DNA from: Escherichia coli
GTDB lineage: Bacteria > Pseudomonadota > Gammaproteobacteria > Enterobacterales > Enterobacteriaceae
Direction: 5' to 3' (one strand)
NCBI RefSeq assembly: GCF_013122565.1
Contig: NZ_CP053258.1
DNA: 64,000 bases
Every line of letters begins with the position of its first letter. The first letter of the stretch is position 1. The translations under genes and the position numbers were made by a program. This document shows, piece by piece, positions 31,338 to 43,134 of the stretch. The notes below the pieces were generated by a model. That model searched no databases, was not told the origin of the DNA, and saw nothing but the letters and a program-made list of their open reading frames with translations.

Positions 31338-32945
31338 ATGTATACGCGAAATTTATTATGGCTGGTCAGCCTGGTAAGTGCGGCTCCTCTCTACGCTGCT
31401 GACGTTCCCGCCAATACACCGCTCGCCCCGCAACAAGTCTTTCGTTACAACAATCATAGCGACCCAGGTACGCTCGACCCGCAAAAGGTGGAGGAGAATA
31501 CTGCCGCGCAGATTGTGCTGGATCTGTTTGAAGGTCTGGTATGGATGGACGGTGAAGGCCAGGTGCAGCCCGCTCAGGCTGAACGCTGGGAGATACTGGA
31601 CGGCGGCAGGCGCTATATTTTCCATCTGCGTAGCGGTTTGCAGTGGTCCGACGGTCAGCCTCTGACGGCAGAGGATTTTGTCCTCGGCTGGCAGCGCGCG
31701 GTTGACCCGAAAACGGCAAGCCCTTTTGCTGGCTATCTGGCACAGGCGCACATTAACAATGCCGCGGCTATTGTTGCGGGTAAAGCAGATGTTACATCGC
31801 TGGGTGTCAAAGCGACGGATGATCGTACTCTTGAGGTTACGCTTGAGCAGCCGGTTCCTTGGTTCACGACGATGCTCGCCTGGCCGACGCTGTTCCCGGT
31901 TCCTCATCATGTCATCGCTAAACATGGCGATAGCTGGAGTAAGCCAGAGAACATGGTTTACAACGGTGCCTTTGTGCTTGATCAGTGGGTAGTTAACGAA
32001 AAGATTACTGCACGCAAAAATCCAAAGTACCGCGATGCGCAACATACAGTATTGCAACAGGTTGAGTATCTGGCGCTGGATAATTCGGTCACCGGCTATA
32101 ACCGCTATCGCGCGGGAGAGGTCGATCTCACCTGGGTTCCGGCGCAGCAAATTCCCGCCATTGAAAAATCACTGCCTGGCGAGCTACGAATTATCCCGCG
32201 GCTGAACAGCGAATATTACAACTTTAACCTTGAGGAACCGCCATTTAACGATGTGCGGGTGCGTCGGGCGCTATATCTTACGGTTGATCGACAGCTTATT
32301 GCGCAAAAGGTACTGGGGTTGAGGACGCCCGCAACCACGCTGACGCCGCCAGAGGTAAAAGGCTTTAGCGCGACGACGTTCGATGAACTGCAAAAGCCAA
32401 TGAGTGAGCGCGTCGCGATGGCAAAAGCCTTGCTGAAACAGGCGGGATACGACGCCTCTCATCCGCTACGCTTTGAGCTTTTCTACAACAAGTACGATCT
32501 GCATGAAAAGACCGCGATAGCGTTGTCTTCCGAATGGAAAAAATGGCTGGGTGCACAGGTGACGCTGCGCACAATGGAGTGGAAAACTTATCTTGATGCC
32601 CGACGAGCCGGTAATTTCATGCTGTCTCGGCAGTCGTGGGATGCGACGTATAATGATGCTTCCAGCTTCCTGAACACGCTCAAAAGCGATAGTGAAGAAA
32701 ACGTCGGTCACTGGAAAAATGCGCAGTATGACGCCTTACTAAACCAGGCCACGCAGATCACTGATGCGACAAAGCGTAATGCGTTGTATCAGCAGGCAGA
32801 AGTGATCATCAACCAACAGGCACCGCTGATTCCTATCTACTATCAGCCGTTAATCAAACTGCTTAAACCCTACGTTGGCGGTTTTCCGCTGCATAATCCC
32901 CAGGATTATGTCTACAGCAAAGAGTTGTATATCAAGGCACATTGA
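31338..32945 (+). CDS. ygiS: Periplasmic solute-binding protein, family 5 (oligopeptide/deoxycholate-binding-like)
   Basis: ORF 31266-32945; start placed at MYTRNLLWLVSLVSAAPLYA signal peptide (535 aa). Confidence 0.85.
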   Translation: MYTRNLLWLVSLVSAAPLYAADVPANTPLAPQQVFRYNNHSDPGTLDPQKVEENTAAQIVLDLFEGLVWMDGEGQVQPAQAERWEILDGGRRYIFHLRSGLQWSDGQPLTAEDFVLGWQRAVDPKTASPFAGYLAQAHINNAAAIVAGKADVTSLGVKATDDRTLEVTLEQPVPWFTTMLAWPTLFPVPHHVIAKHGDSWSKPENMVYNGAFVLDQWVVNEKITARKNPKYRDAQHTVLQQVEYLALDNSVTGYNRYRAGEVDLTWVPAQQIPAIEKSLPGELRIIPRLNSEYYNFNLEEPPFNDVRVRRALYLTVDRQLIAQKVLGLRTPATTLTPPEVKGFSATTFDELQKPMSERVAMAKALLKQAGYDASHPLRFELFYNKYDLHEKTAIALSSEWKKWLGAQVTLRTMEWKTYLDARRAGNFMLSRQSWDATYNDASSFLNTLKSDSEENVGHWKNAQYDALLNQATQITDATKRNALYQQAEVIINQQAPLIPIYYQPLIKLLKPYVGGFPLHNPQDYVYSKELYIKAH

Positions 32946-33082
32946 TGCCTTTATCGCCGTCGGAGCACGTCCGGCGGCGCTATTCACGCTGATCTCCTGT
33001 GACTCGACGCGGCAGATAATGTAGTATCTCCGGCAATATTGCCCCTTTGAAGGCTGGCGAATAAGTTGAGGAATCAGAATTA

Positions 33083-35341
33083 ATGAGCGATATGGCAGAG
33101 CGCCTTGCGCTACATGAATTTACGGAAAACGCCTACTTAAACTACTCCATGTACGTGATCATGGACCGTGCGTTGCCGTTTATTGGTGATGGTCTGAAAC
33201 CTGTTCAGCGCCGCATTGTGTATGCGATGTCTGAACTGGGCCTGAATGCCAGCGCCAAATTTAAAAAATCGGCCCGTACCGTCGGTGACGTACTGGGTAA
33301 ATACCATCCGCACGGCGATAGCGCCTGTTATGAAGCGATGGTCCTGATGGCGCAGCCGTTCTCTTACCGTTATCCGCTGGTTGATGGTCAGGGGAACTGG
33401 GGCGCGCCGGACGATCCGAAATCGTTCGCGGCAATGCGTTACACCGAATCCCGGTTGTCGAAATATTCCGAGCTGCTATTGAGCGAGTTGGGGCAGGGGA
33501 CGGCTGACTGGGTGCCAAACTTCGACGGCACTTTGCAGGAGCCGAAAATGCTACCTGCCCGTCTGCCAAACATTTTGCTTAACGGCACCACCGGTATTGC
33601 CGTCGGCATGGCGACCGATATTCCACCGCATAACCTGCGTGAAGTGGCTCAGGCGGCAATCGCATTAATCGACCAGCCGAAAACCACGCTCGATCAGCTG
33701 CTGGATATCGTGCAGGGGCCGGATTATCCGACTGAAGCGGAAATTATCACTTCGCGCGCCGAGATCCGTAAAATCTACGAGAACGGACGTGGTTCAGTGC
33801 GTATGCGCGCGGTGTGGAAGAAAGAAGATGGCGCGGTGGTTATCAGCGCATTGCCGCATCAGGTTTCAGGTGCGCGCGTACTGGAGCAAATTGCTGCGCA
33901 AATGCGCAACAAAAAGCTGCCGATGGTTGACGATCTGCGCGATGAATCTGACCACGAGAACCCGACCCGTCTGGTGATTGTGCCGCGTTCCAACCGCGTG
34001 GATATGGATCAGGTGATGAACCACCTCTTCGCTACCACCGATCTGGAAAAGAGCTATCGCATTAACCTCAATATGATCGGTCTGGATGGTCGTCCGGCGG
34101 TGAAAAACCTGCTGGAAATTCTCTCCGAATGGCTGGTGTTCCGCCGCGATACCGTGCGCCGCCGACTGAACTATCATCTGGAGAAAGTCCTCAAGCGCCT
34201 GCATATCCTCGAAGGTTTGCTGGTGGCGTTTCTCAATATCGACGAAGTGATTGAGATCATTCGTAATGAAGATGAACCGAAACCGGCGCTGATGTCGCGG
34301 TTTGGCCTTACGGAAACCCAGGCGGAAGCGATCCTCGAACTGAAACTGCGTCATCTCGCCAAACTGGAAGAGATGAAGATTCGCGGTGAGCAGAGTGAGC
34401 TGGAAAAAGAGCGCGACCAGTTGCAGGGCATTTTGGCTTCCGAGCGTAAAATGAATAACCTGCTGAAGAAAGAACTGCAGGCAGACGCGCAAGCCTACGG
34501 TGACGATCGTCGTTCGCCGTTGCAGGAACGCGAAGAAGCGAAAGCGATGAGCGAGCACGACATGCTGCCGTCTGAACCTGTCACCATTGTGCTGTCGCAG
34601 ATGGGCTGGGTACGCAGCGCTAAAGGCCATGATATCGACGCGCCGGGCCTGAATTATAAAGCGGGTGATAGCTTCAAAGCGGCGGTGAAAGGTAAGAGCA
34701 ACCAACCGGTAGTGTTTGTTGATTCCACCGGTCGTAGCTATGCCATTGACCCGATTACGCTGCCGTCGGCGCGTGGTCAGGGCGAACCGCTCACCGGCAA
34801 ATTAACGTTGCCGCCTGGGGCGACCGTTGACCATATGCTGATGGAAAGCGACGATCAGAAACTGCTGATGGCTTCCGATGCGGGTTACGGTTTCGTCTGC
34901 ACCTTTAACGATCTGGTGGCGCGTAACCGTGCAGGTAAGGCTTTGATCACCTTACCGGAAAATGCCCATGTTATGCCGCCGGTGGTGATTGAAGATGCTT
35001 CCGATATGCTGCTGGCAATCACTCAGGCAGGCCGTATGTTGATGTTCCCGGTAAGTGATCTGCCGCAGCTGTCGAAGGGCAAAGGCAACAAGATTATCAA
35101 CATTCCATCGGCAGAAGCCGCGCGTGGCGAGGATGGTCTGGCGCAACTGTACGTTCTGCCGCCGCAAAGCACGCTGACCATTCATGTTGGGAAACGCAAA
35201 ATTAAACTGCGTCCGGAAGAGCTACAGAAAGTCACTGGCGAACGTGGACGCCGCGGTACGTTGATGCGCGGTTTGCAGCGTATCGATCGTGTTGAGATCG
35301 ACTCTCCTCGCCGTGCCAGCAGCGGTGATAGCGAAGAGTAA
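33083..35341 (+). CDS. parC: DNA topoisomerase IV subunit A
   Basis: 752-aa ORF; GyrA-like N-terminus with active-site region AAMRYTE. Confidence 0.95.
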
Positions 35342-35574
35342 TATGCCGGGGCGGGCGCTGTTTCCTCCCGCTTGCAAGGAACGCCGGATGAAACGTTAAG
35401 TCGTCATCCGGCAGCGTATTCAACCCCCGGAAACGATAAAAATTCCCTTGAAACCGTTGTTTATTCATGCGTTGCGATTAACAATACGCTTTTCCAGAGA
35501 GCGGCTTTTAACAATGCCCTAACCTGATTTCAGGTGACGTACAATGCCAGTCTCTCAGACCTTCAGAGGGTGTT

Positions 35575-36312
35575 ATGCTATATATCTTTCGTCTTATTAT
35601 TACCGTGATTTACAGCATCTTAGTCTGTGTATTCGGCTCCATTTACTGCCTTTTCAGCCCGCGTAACCCGAAACATGTGGCCACCTTTGGGCATATGTTT
35701 GGCCGTCTTGCGCCGCTGTTCGGCCTGAAAGTTGAGTGCCGCAAACCTGCAGACGCTGAAAGCTACGGCAATGCTATCTATATCGCTAACCACCAGAACA
35801 ACTATGACATGGTGACAGCATCGAACATTGTGCAACCGCCGACGGTGACGGTAGGTAAAAAGAGCTTGCTGTGGATCCCCTTCTTCGGGCAGTTGTACTG
35901 GTTAACCGGCAACTTATTGATCGACAGAAACAATCGCACTAAAGCTCACGGCACTATTGCGGAAGTCGTGAATCACTTCAAAAAACGCCGTATTTCCATC
36001 TGGATGTTCCCGGAAGGAACCCGCAGTCGTGGTCGCGGCCTGCTACCGTTCAAAACCGGGGCATTTCACGCGGCAATTGCGGCAGGCGTCCCGATTATTC
36101 CCGTGTGCGTCTCTACAACTTCGAATAAGATTAATCTTAATCGACTGCACAACGGTCTGGTGATTGTCGAAATGCTGCCGCCAGTTGATGTCAGTCAGTA
36201 TGGCAAAGATCAGGTTCGTGAGCTGGCTGCCCATTGTCGTTCGATAATGGAACAAAAAATCGCCGAGCTCGATAAAGAAGTCGCAGAGCGCGAAGCCGCC
36301 GGAAAAGTTTAA
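35575..36312 (+). CDS. plsC: 1-acyl-sn-glycerol-3-phosphate acyltransferase
   Basis: 245-aa ORF; acyltransferase motifs NHQNNYD and FPEGTR. Confidence 0.9.
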   Translation: MLYIFRLIITVIYSILVCVFGSIYCLFSPRNPKHVATFGHMFGRLAPLFGLKVECRKPADAESYGNAIYIANHQNNYDMVTASNIVQPPTVTVGKKSLLWIPFFGQLYWLTGNLLIDRNNRTKAHGTIAEVVNHFKKRRISIWMFPEGTRSRGRGLLPFKTGAFHAAIAAGVPIIPVCVSTTSNKINLNRLHNGLVIVEMLPPVDVSQYGKDQVRELAAHCRSIMEQKIAELDKEVAEREAAGKV

Positions 36313-36386
36313 GTCGGCAATCTGTATTTTTGCGGGGAACACTTTCCTGCACGGTATTACTTTAGCCAGTTTTACATGGAGCAAAT

Positions 36387-37799
36387 ATGTCACTCAGTCG
36401 GCGTCAGTTCATTCAGGCATCGGGGATTGCACTTTGTGCAGGCGCTGTTCCCCTGAAGGCCAGCGCAGCCGGGCAACAGCAACCGCTACCCGTTCCGCCG
36501 CTGCTTGAATCTCGCCGTGGGCAACCGCTGTTTATGACTGTACAACGCGCGCACTGGTCATTTACGCCAGGGACACGCGCGTCGGTCTGGGGAATCAATG
36601 GTCGTTACCTGGGGCCGACTATCCGCGTCTGGAAGGGCGACGATGTTAAGCTTATTTACAGCAACCGGCTGACAGAAAATGTCTCAATGACGGTGGCCGG
36701 GCTACAGGTACCTGGCCCGCTGATGGGCGGGCCGGCACGGATGATGTCGCCAAACGCTGACTGGGCACCCGTACTGCCTATTCGCCAGAACGCAGCTACT
36801 CTGTGGTATCACGCCAATACTCCCAACCGCACGGCTCAGCAGGTCTATAACGGCCTTGCCGGAATGTGGCTGGTGGAAGATGAAGTCAGCAAGTCGCTGC
36901 CTATCCCCAACCATTATGGTGTGGATGATTTTCCGGTCATTATCCAGGATAAACGGCTGGATAACTTTGGTACGCCAGAATACAACGAACCGGGAAGCGG
37001 CGGCTTTGTTGGTGATACACTACTGGTTAACGGTGTGCAAAGCCCGTACGTTGAAGTCTCGCGTGGCTGGGTGCGCTTGCGACTGCTGAACGCGTCGAAC
37101 TCTCGTCGCTATCAACTACAGATGAGCGATGGTCGCCCGTTACATGTGATTTCTGGCGATCAGGGATTCCTGCCTGCTCCTGTATCGGTGAAGCAACTTT
37201 CGCTGGCACCGGGCGAGCGCCGCGAGATTCTGGTGGATATGAGCAACGGTGATGAAGTGTCGATCACCTGTGGCGAAGCGGCGAGCATTGTTGATCGTAT
37301 TCGTGGCTTCTTTGAGCCATCCAGCATTCTGGTTTCTACCCTGGTGCTAACGCTGCGCCCAACCGGCCTTCTGCCGCTGGTCACAGACAGTCTTCCTATG
37401 CGCTTGCTGCCAACTGAAATCATGGCCGGTTCGCCGATTCGCAGTCGCGATATCAGTCTGGGTGATGACCCGGGTATTAATGGACAACTGTGGGACGTCA
37501 ACCGTATTGATGTCACCGCGCAGCAAGGAACGTGGGAACGCTGGACGGTACGCGCGGACGAGCCGCAAGCGTTCCATATTGAAGGTGTGATGTTCCAGAT
37601 CCGTAACGTGAATGGCGCGATGCCGTTCCCGGAAGACAGAGGCTGGAAAGATACCGTTTGGGTTGACGGACAAGTGGAGCTGCTTGTTTATTTCGGTCAG
37701 CCTTCCTGGGCGCACTTCCCGTTCTACTTCAACAGTCAGACGCTGGAAATGGCGGACCGTGGCTCGATAGGGCAACTGTTAGTCAATCCGGTACCGTAA
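36387..37799 (+). CDS. ftsP: Cell division protein FtsP (SufI), multicopper-oxidase fold, Tat-secreted
   Basis: 470-aa ORF; twin-arginine signal SRRQFIQASG. Confidence 0.9.
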   Translation: MSLSRRQFIQASGIALCAGAVPLKASAAGQQQPLPVPPLLESRRGQPLFMTVQRAHWSFTPGTRASVWGINGRYLGPTIRVWKGDDVKLIYSNRLTENVSMTVAGLQVPGPLMGGPARMMSPNADWAPVLPIRQNAATLWYHANTPNRTAQQVYNGLAGMWLVEDEVSKSLPIPNHYGVDDFPVIIQDKRLDNFGTPEYNEPGSGGFVGDTLLVNGVQSPYVEVSRGWVRLRLLNASNSRRYQLQMSDGRPLHVISGDQGFLPAPVSVKQLSLAPGERREILVDMSNGDEVSITCGEAASIVDRIRGFFEPSSILVSTLVLTLRPTGLLPLVTDSLPMRLLPTEIMAGSPIRSRDISLGDDPGINGQLWDVNRIDVTAQQGTWERWTVRADEPQAFHIEGVMFQIRNVNGAMPFPEDRGWKDTVWVDGQVELLVYFGQPSWAHFPFYFNSQTLEMADRGSIGQLLVNPVP

Positions 37800-37849
37800 T
37801 GGACCAATTCATCGCTCCACTGAGTGGTGGGGCGATACAAGGATGAAAC

Positions 37850-39274
37850 ATGGATGGCATGGGATGGATGATTATTTTGGTACTTCCCTTTCTTTGGATG
37901 GGGTATGGACTGGCGTTGTTAATCATAACGGGGTGCGCTTTTGAATCTAAGGGGATTCGTCGCGTTCTGCTATGGGGTGTTGCGCCTCAGTTTATTATTC
38001 TTTGTATTGCGACCTTATTGCTTTACTGGACTAACTCTCGGTTAATTTATGTTTTTGTCTTTTTTCAGCCAGTTTTATGTATCACCACGGCAATTTTTTT
38101 ATTTGCTGGTAAAAAAACACAATATTCCAGATTGCTGTTTACTCTGTCTCATGTGATTTTTCTCGCTGGCGTTTTATATCAGGGGCATAGGGAAAATCTG
38201 CAATACATAATTAATAACGACTGGAAGGAATATAAAATAACGCGTTTATTTGAGCAAGTGCAGGACAATGGGGCGCATGCGCTGAATAACGATGTAACTT
38301 GTTCAGAATTAATGCAACTACTCACACTGGCAGCGGAACGTAATGACGTCAAAGAAGAGACGTTACGTACTCTTATTGCAAAGAAAGTATCGCCATTTCT
38401 GACAATGTCAGATAACTGTACGGGTGAGAATTCAGTAGAGACTTATTCTGTATATACTACGCCTTTTATGGCAGCTATTCAAAATCATAATATACATTCT
38501 GTCCGTTTTTTTAGTCAATTGCTTATGGGAAACTCATCAAAAGCAAAAAATAATCGTGACATTGTGCGCCGGGCAAACCCATTGATCGAAGTGTATAAAT
38601 ATAGTCATGGTTCTAAAAAACAACGTAAGTCAGGGTTAGAAATAAGTAAGCAATTAATGGCCATTATGCCAGAGCTATTAACAGATGCCGTCTGGCGTGC
38701 CGTGCTCAATGTATATGATGCCGATGCAGCACGATGGTTCTGGCGTAAGCAACCACCAGAAAATCGGTTGTATCGCTTAAAGGCTATGGCATTAATACCA
38801 CAAACGGATGCGCTATTGGCGGAGATTCGACAAACTCCAGAGGTACTGAATATCTCGTCTGAGGGAGACCTGAATGAAGAGGAGTTTCTCCATTTCTTAA
38901 TTTATGGAGGAGATACCGCTGTAATACATGCACTGGTTGAAAAAGGAATAGTTAACTGGCAGCACCTTATGAACATTGAGGGGTTTGATAAGGACCCCTT
39001 AATTTGGGCTATTTCAAAACTGGGAGAAAATGACAATGACCGGGAGGTTTTGACATTAATTATTCATGATATTAATGCGCAAAATGCACTGCCGGAGGAT
39101 CGCATAGCCAAATATTTAACGCGGACGGGATCAATGGGCGAGATTTTTTTAAAGGCGGGCGTACATTGTGATAAGTTATATGCGGCAATTGAGTCCGACA
39201 AAAAGCGAAATAATGGTATGTATAGTCAAAACGCCAGGGAAGAAGTGGATCGAGTATGTACGCCCGCAAAATAG
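37850..39274 (+). CDS. Hypothetical membrane protein, paralog A: about four N-terminal transmembrane helices and a helical (possibly ankyrin-like) C-terminal domain
   Basis: 474-aa ORF with AGGA ribosome-binding site; AT-rich codon usage; clear paralogy to the next ORF; not part of the K-12 gene order I recall. Confidence 0.6.
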   Translation: MDGMGWMIILVLPFLWMGYGLALLIITGCAFESKGIRRVLLWGVAPQFIILCIATLLLYWTNSRLIYVFVFFQPVLCITTAIFLFAGKKTQYSRLLFTLSHVIFLAGVLYQGHRENLQYIINNDWKEYKITRLFEQVQDNGAHALNNDVTCSELMQLLTLAAERNDVKEETLRTLIAKKVSPFLTMSDNCTGENSVETYSVYTTPFMAAIQNHNIHSVRFFSQLLMGNSSKAKNNRDIVRRANPLIEVYKYSHGSKKQRKSGLEISKQLMAIMPELLTDAVWRAVLNVYDADAARWFWRKQPPENRLYRLKAMALIPQTDALLAEIRQTPEVLNISSEGDLNEEEFLHFLIYGGDTAVIHALVEKGIVNWQHLMNIEGFDKDPLIWAISKLGENDNDREVLTLIIHDINAQNALPEDRIAKYLTRTGSMGEIFLKAGVHCDKLYAAIESDKKRNNGMYSQNAREEVDRVCTPAK

Positions 39275-39319
39275 GTGCAGTTTGGGGCGGTTAAGGAATA
39301 AAAAATAAAGGACTAAGCC

Positions 39320-40729
39320 ATGCGTAATGATGAATTTTTTCACCATTTTACTTTGACACTGTTTATGTTGGGTGGCTATCTACTGACTCTGTTCATCGTT
39401 ATCGTCCTTTCCTTTTTTAGCCCATTATGCCGAAAAATGGTCTTCCATGGCGCATTGCCGCAATTGATGATGGCAATAACGGTGTCGCTCGGTTTATATT
39501 ATCTGGAACGATACTCTTTTGCGGTATGGGCCTTACTGGATTCTTTTTGGATATTATTCCCCTGCCTGTTATTGATCATAGTGATAAATAAATGGTTAAA
39601 GCGTTCCCTTGTATGGATGAGTGCTTGTCATATTATGTGCTTGCTGTTGTTACTCTGGCAGGTGCAGCCCACGTTATTTAAAATCAGCTTTTATCACCAA
39701 CAATTAAGTCACCTGGCTCAGGCAGAGCAGGAAAATTTCCGCACACTGGATGCGATTCACGATACGCAACGTCTGGAAGCGATGTTACTGGTAGCGTTGA
39801 AATCCCCGGAAAATCAAACCTCTGAAAATGCCTTTCGCTATCTGTCAGGGCGAATCTCACCATTTGCTATACCTTCCATTGGCGATGAACAGTATTCTAC
39901 CCGCACTTTTTTTACGATTGCGTTGGAACATTACAACGCCCGCGCCATCCGCGCGTTTAGCCGCTTTCTGCAAGGAAATTCCTCAAAAGCGCAGGAATAT
40001 CGTGCGATTGTTCATCAAAAAAATCCACTGCAGCAGATGTACCGGGGAATAAGTTTGCCAATTCGTTTTAGTGAAGAAGAGATCGCCCGTCACATTATTG
40101 CCGCTCGCGAGATAAGCCTCACCTTACTGCCCCTGATGCCAGAATTATTAAACGAAGAGGCGTATGCAAATGTCATTGATGCTTATGACAGCGCAACGCT
40201 GAAGGCTTTTTGGCAGTTCCAGCTGCCGCCTACGCCGGTTTTGCGCCTGGAAGCGATGTCGGTAATTCCCATGACAGCGGCACTGGTTCAACAGGTGAGA
40301 GAGTCACCAAAACGGCTTGAACTGGAAGATAAAAGTGGCAGGACAGTACTAACTTACATCGTGCGCTTTGGAAATATTGCCGCAGTACAGGCACTGATTG
40401 ACGCTAATCTGATCGACTGGCAACGGCTTCGCCAATCGACAGAAAGGTCAACACCATTATTACTGGCGACCTGGCGACAAAAATACGACGATGATCATGT
40501 AATCTTCCCATTGATTTTAAAGGACATGCTGGCAAAAAATGCGCCACCCTCAGCAGAGGAAATAATGAACTGCCTTAAGGATGGTATGACCGCAGATGAT
40601 TTTTTCTCTGCCGGAATGAGCAACACGCAATTCTGTTCTGCGATTGAACAAAGCCTCCAGGCGAAAACGTCAGTATTACCGGCGAATCGATTACGCCATC
40701 TGCAATCCTCGCTGTGTGCAAAGCTGTAA
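39320..40729 (+). CDS. Hypothetical membrane protein, paralog B, same architecture as paralog A
   Basis: 469-aa ORF; shared blocks with paralog A, e.g. FSRFLQGNSSKAQEYRAIV vs FFSQLLMGNSSKAKNNRDIV and RLEAMSVIPMTAAL vs RLKAMALIPQTDAL. Confidence 0.6.
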   Translation: MRNDEFFHHFTLTLFMLGGYLLTLFIVIVLSFFSPLCRKMVFHGALPQLMMAITVSLGLYYLERYSFAVWALLDSFWILFPCLLLIIVINKWLKRSLVWMSACHIMCLLLLLWQVQPTLFKISFYHQQLSHLAQAEQENFRTLDAIHDTQRLEAMLLVALKSPENQTSENAFRYLSGRISPFAIPSIGDEQYSTRTFFTIALEHYNARAIRAFSRFLQGNSSKAQEYRAIVHQKNPLQQMYRGISLPIRFSEEEIARHIIAAREISLTLLPLMPELLNEEAYANVIDAYDSATLKAFWQFQLPPTPVLRLEAMSVIPMTAALVQQVRESPKRLELEDKSGRTVLTYIVRFGNIAAVQALIDANLIDWQRLRQSTERSTPLLLATWRQKYDDDHVIFPLILKDMLAKNAPPSAEEIMNCLKDGMTADDFFSAGMSNTQFCSAIEQSLQAKTSVLPANRLRHLQSSLCAKL

Positions 40730-40844
40730 CCAACCGGAAGTTAAGTCATCCGCTGAAAACATCGCATTAACTTTTCGATTTCTCTTTCGTTCCGGCTTAT
40801 AATCCCCGGCCTTTGATTATTTTTTTATCATTTCTGGAAGCAAA

Positions 40845-43064
40845 ATGAGCTCTATCTCCCTGATCCAACCGGATCGCGACCTGTTCTCCTGGCCGCAGTA
40901 CTGGGCCGCCTGTTTTGGACCGGCACCGTTTTTGCCGATGTCTCGTGAAGAGATGGATCAACTTGGCTGGGATAGCTGCGACATCATTTTGGTTACTGGC
41001 GACGCGTATGTCGATCACCCAAGCTTCGGGATGGCGATTTGCGGTCGTATGCTGGAAGCGCAGGGCTTTCGCGTCGGGATCATCGCCCAGCCGGACTGGA
41101 GCAGCAAAGACGACTTTATGCGTCTGGGTAAACCGAATCTGTTTTTCGGCGTTACTGCTGGCAACATGGATTCGATGATCAACCGCTATACCGCCGATCG
41201 CCGTTTACGTCATGACGATGCCTACACGCCGGATAACGTCGCGGGTAAGCGACCGGATCGCGCCACACTGGTTTATACCCAGCGTTGTAAAGAGGCGTGG
41301 AAAGATGTGCCGGTGATCCTCGGCGGTATTGAGGCTAGTCTGCGCCGTACCGCGCATTATGATTACTGGTCCGATACCGTGCGCCGTTCCGTGCTGGTGG
41401 ATTCCAAAGCCGACATGCTGATGTTCGGTAACGGTGAGCGTCCGTTGGTGGAGGTGGCGCACCGTCTGGCGATGGGCGAGCCGATTAGTGAAATCCGCGA
41501 TGTGCGTAATACTGCGATTATCGTAAAAGAGGCGTTGCCAGGCTGGAGCGGTGTGGATTCCACCCGTCTCGATACCCCAGGGAAAATCGACCCGATCCCG
41601 CATCCGTATGGCGAAGATCTGCCGTGCGCGGATAACAAACCTGTTGCGCCGAAAAAGCAGGAAGCGAAAGCCGTAACCGTGCAGCCGCCGCGCCCGAAAC
41701 CGTGGGAAAAAACCTACGTATTGCTGCCTTCTTTCGAGAAAGTGAAGGGCGATAAAGTGCTGTACGCCCATGCTTCGCGCATTCTGCACCACGAAACCAA
41801 CCCTGGCTGCGCCCGCGCATTGATGCAAAAACACGGCGACCGCTATGTGTGGATCAACCCGCCTGCTATCCCGCTTTCTACCGAAGAGATGGACAGCGTT
41901 TTTGCGCTGCCGTACAAGCGCGTGCCGCATCCGGCCTATGGCAATGCCCGTATTCCGGCTTACGAAATGATCCGTTTCTCGGTCAACATTATGCGCGGCT
42001 GCTTTGGCGGCTGCTCTTTCTGTTCTATCACTGAGCACGAAGGGCGCATTATTCAGAGCCGTTCGGAAGATTCGATCATTAATGAGATTGAAGCGATCCG
42101 CGACACCGTTCCAGGTTTTACGGGCGTAATTTCCGATCTCGGTGGGCCAACTGCCAACATGTATATGTTGCGCTGCAAATCGCCACGCGCTGAGCAAACC
42201 TGCCGCCGTTTGTCCTGCGTTTACCCGGATATTTGTCCGCATATGGACACGAACCACGAACCAACGATCAACCTCTATCGCCGTGCGCGTGATCTGAAAG
42301 GCATTAAAAAGATCCTGATTGCCTCTGGTGTGCGTTATGACATCGCCGTAGAAGATCCGCGCTATATCAAAGAACTGGCGACCCATCACGTCGGCGGTTA
42401 TCTGAAGATTGCCCCGGAACATACCGAAGAAGGGCCGTTATCGAAGATGATGAAGCCGGGCATGGGCAGCTATGACCGCTTTAAAGAGCTGTTCGATACC
42501 TACTCGAAACAGGCAGGTAAAGAGCAGTATCTGATCCCCTATTTCATCTCCGCGCACCCGGGTACGCGTGATGAAGATATGGTGAATCTGGCGCTGTGGC
42601 TGAAAAAGCATCGTTTCCGTCTCGACCAGGTACAGAACTTCTACCCATCGCCGCTGGCTAACTCGACCACCATGTATTACACCGGGAAAAACCCGCTGGC
42701 GAAGATTGGTTATAAGAGTGAAGACGTCTTCGTACCGAAGGGCGACAAGCAGCGTCGTTTGCATAAAGCGTTGTTGCGTTACCACGATCCGGCAAACTGG
42801 CCGTTAATCCGCCAGGCGCTGGAAGCGATGGGCAAAAAGCATCTGATTGGCAGCCGTCGCGATTGCTTAGTGCCTGCGCCAACCATTGAAGAGATGCGTG
42901 AAGCTCGTCGCCAGAACCGCAATACCCGTCCGGCGTTGACGAAACATACGCCGATGGCGACCCAGCGTCAGACGCCTGCTACGGCAAAAAAAGCGTCGTC
43001 TACGCAATCTCGTCCGGTGAATGCTGGTGCGAAGAAACGCCCTAAAGCGGCGGTTGGACGTTAA
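40845..43064 (+). CDS. ygiQ: Radical-SAM protein YgiQ (UPF0313)
   Basis: 739-aa ORF; radical-SAM cysteine motif CFGGCSFC; Lys/Arg-rich C-terminal tail. Confidence 0.9.
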   Translation: MSSISLIQPDRDLFSWPQYWAACFGPAPFLPMSREEMDQLGWDSCDIILVTGDAYVDHPSFGMAICGRMLEAQGFRVGIIAQPDWSSKDDFMRLGKPNLFFGVTAGNMDSMINRYTADRRLRHDDAYTPDNVAGKRPDRATLVYTQRCKEAWKDVPVILGGIEASLRRTAHYDYWSDTVRRSVLVDSKADMLMFGNGERPLVEVAHRLAMGEPISEIRDVRNTAIIVKEALPGWSGVDSTRLDTPGKIDPIPHPYGEDLPCADNKPVAPKKQEAKAVTVQPPRPKPWEKTYVLLPSFEKVKGDKVLYAHASRILHHETNPGCARALMQKHGDRYVWINPPAIPLSTEEMDSVFALPYKRVPHPAYGNARIPAYEMIRFSVNIMRGCFGGCSFCSITEHEGRIIQSRSEDSIINEIEAIRDTVPGFTGVISDLGGPTANMYMLRCKSPRAEQTCRRLSCVYPDICPHMDTNHEPTINLYRRARDLKGIKKILIASGVRYDIAVEDPRYIKELATHHVGGYLKIAPEHTEEGPLSKMMKPGMGSYDRFKELFDTYSKQAGKEQYLIPYFISAHPGTRDEDMVNLALWLKKHRFRLDQVQNFYPSPLANSTTMYYTGKNPLAKIGYKSEDVFVPKGDKQRRLHKALLRYHDPANWPLIRQALEAMGKKHLIGSRRDCLVPAPTIEEMREARRQNRNTRPALTKHTPMATQRQTPATAKKASSTQSRPVNAGAKKRPKAAVGR

Positions 43065-43134
43065 ATTCGCTGTTCCCGGTAGCAGAATTGCTACCGGGGA
43101 TATTACTTCAGAATCTATCTCATTAGGCATTTAT

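Noticed and set aside
41205-42422. 405-aa minus-strand ORF inside ygiQ, and similar long antisense ORFs inside hybC (60617-61567), hybA (58376-59290), parC (33866-34705), ygiS (31356-32150), parE (16924-17613), ribB (6906-7529) and yqiK (3632-4183)
   Set aside because: Shadow ORFs on the opposite strand of well-supported, conserved genes; no ribosome-binding sites or family resemblance; arginine-rich translations typical of antisense frames in GC-rich genes.
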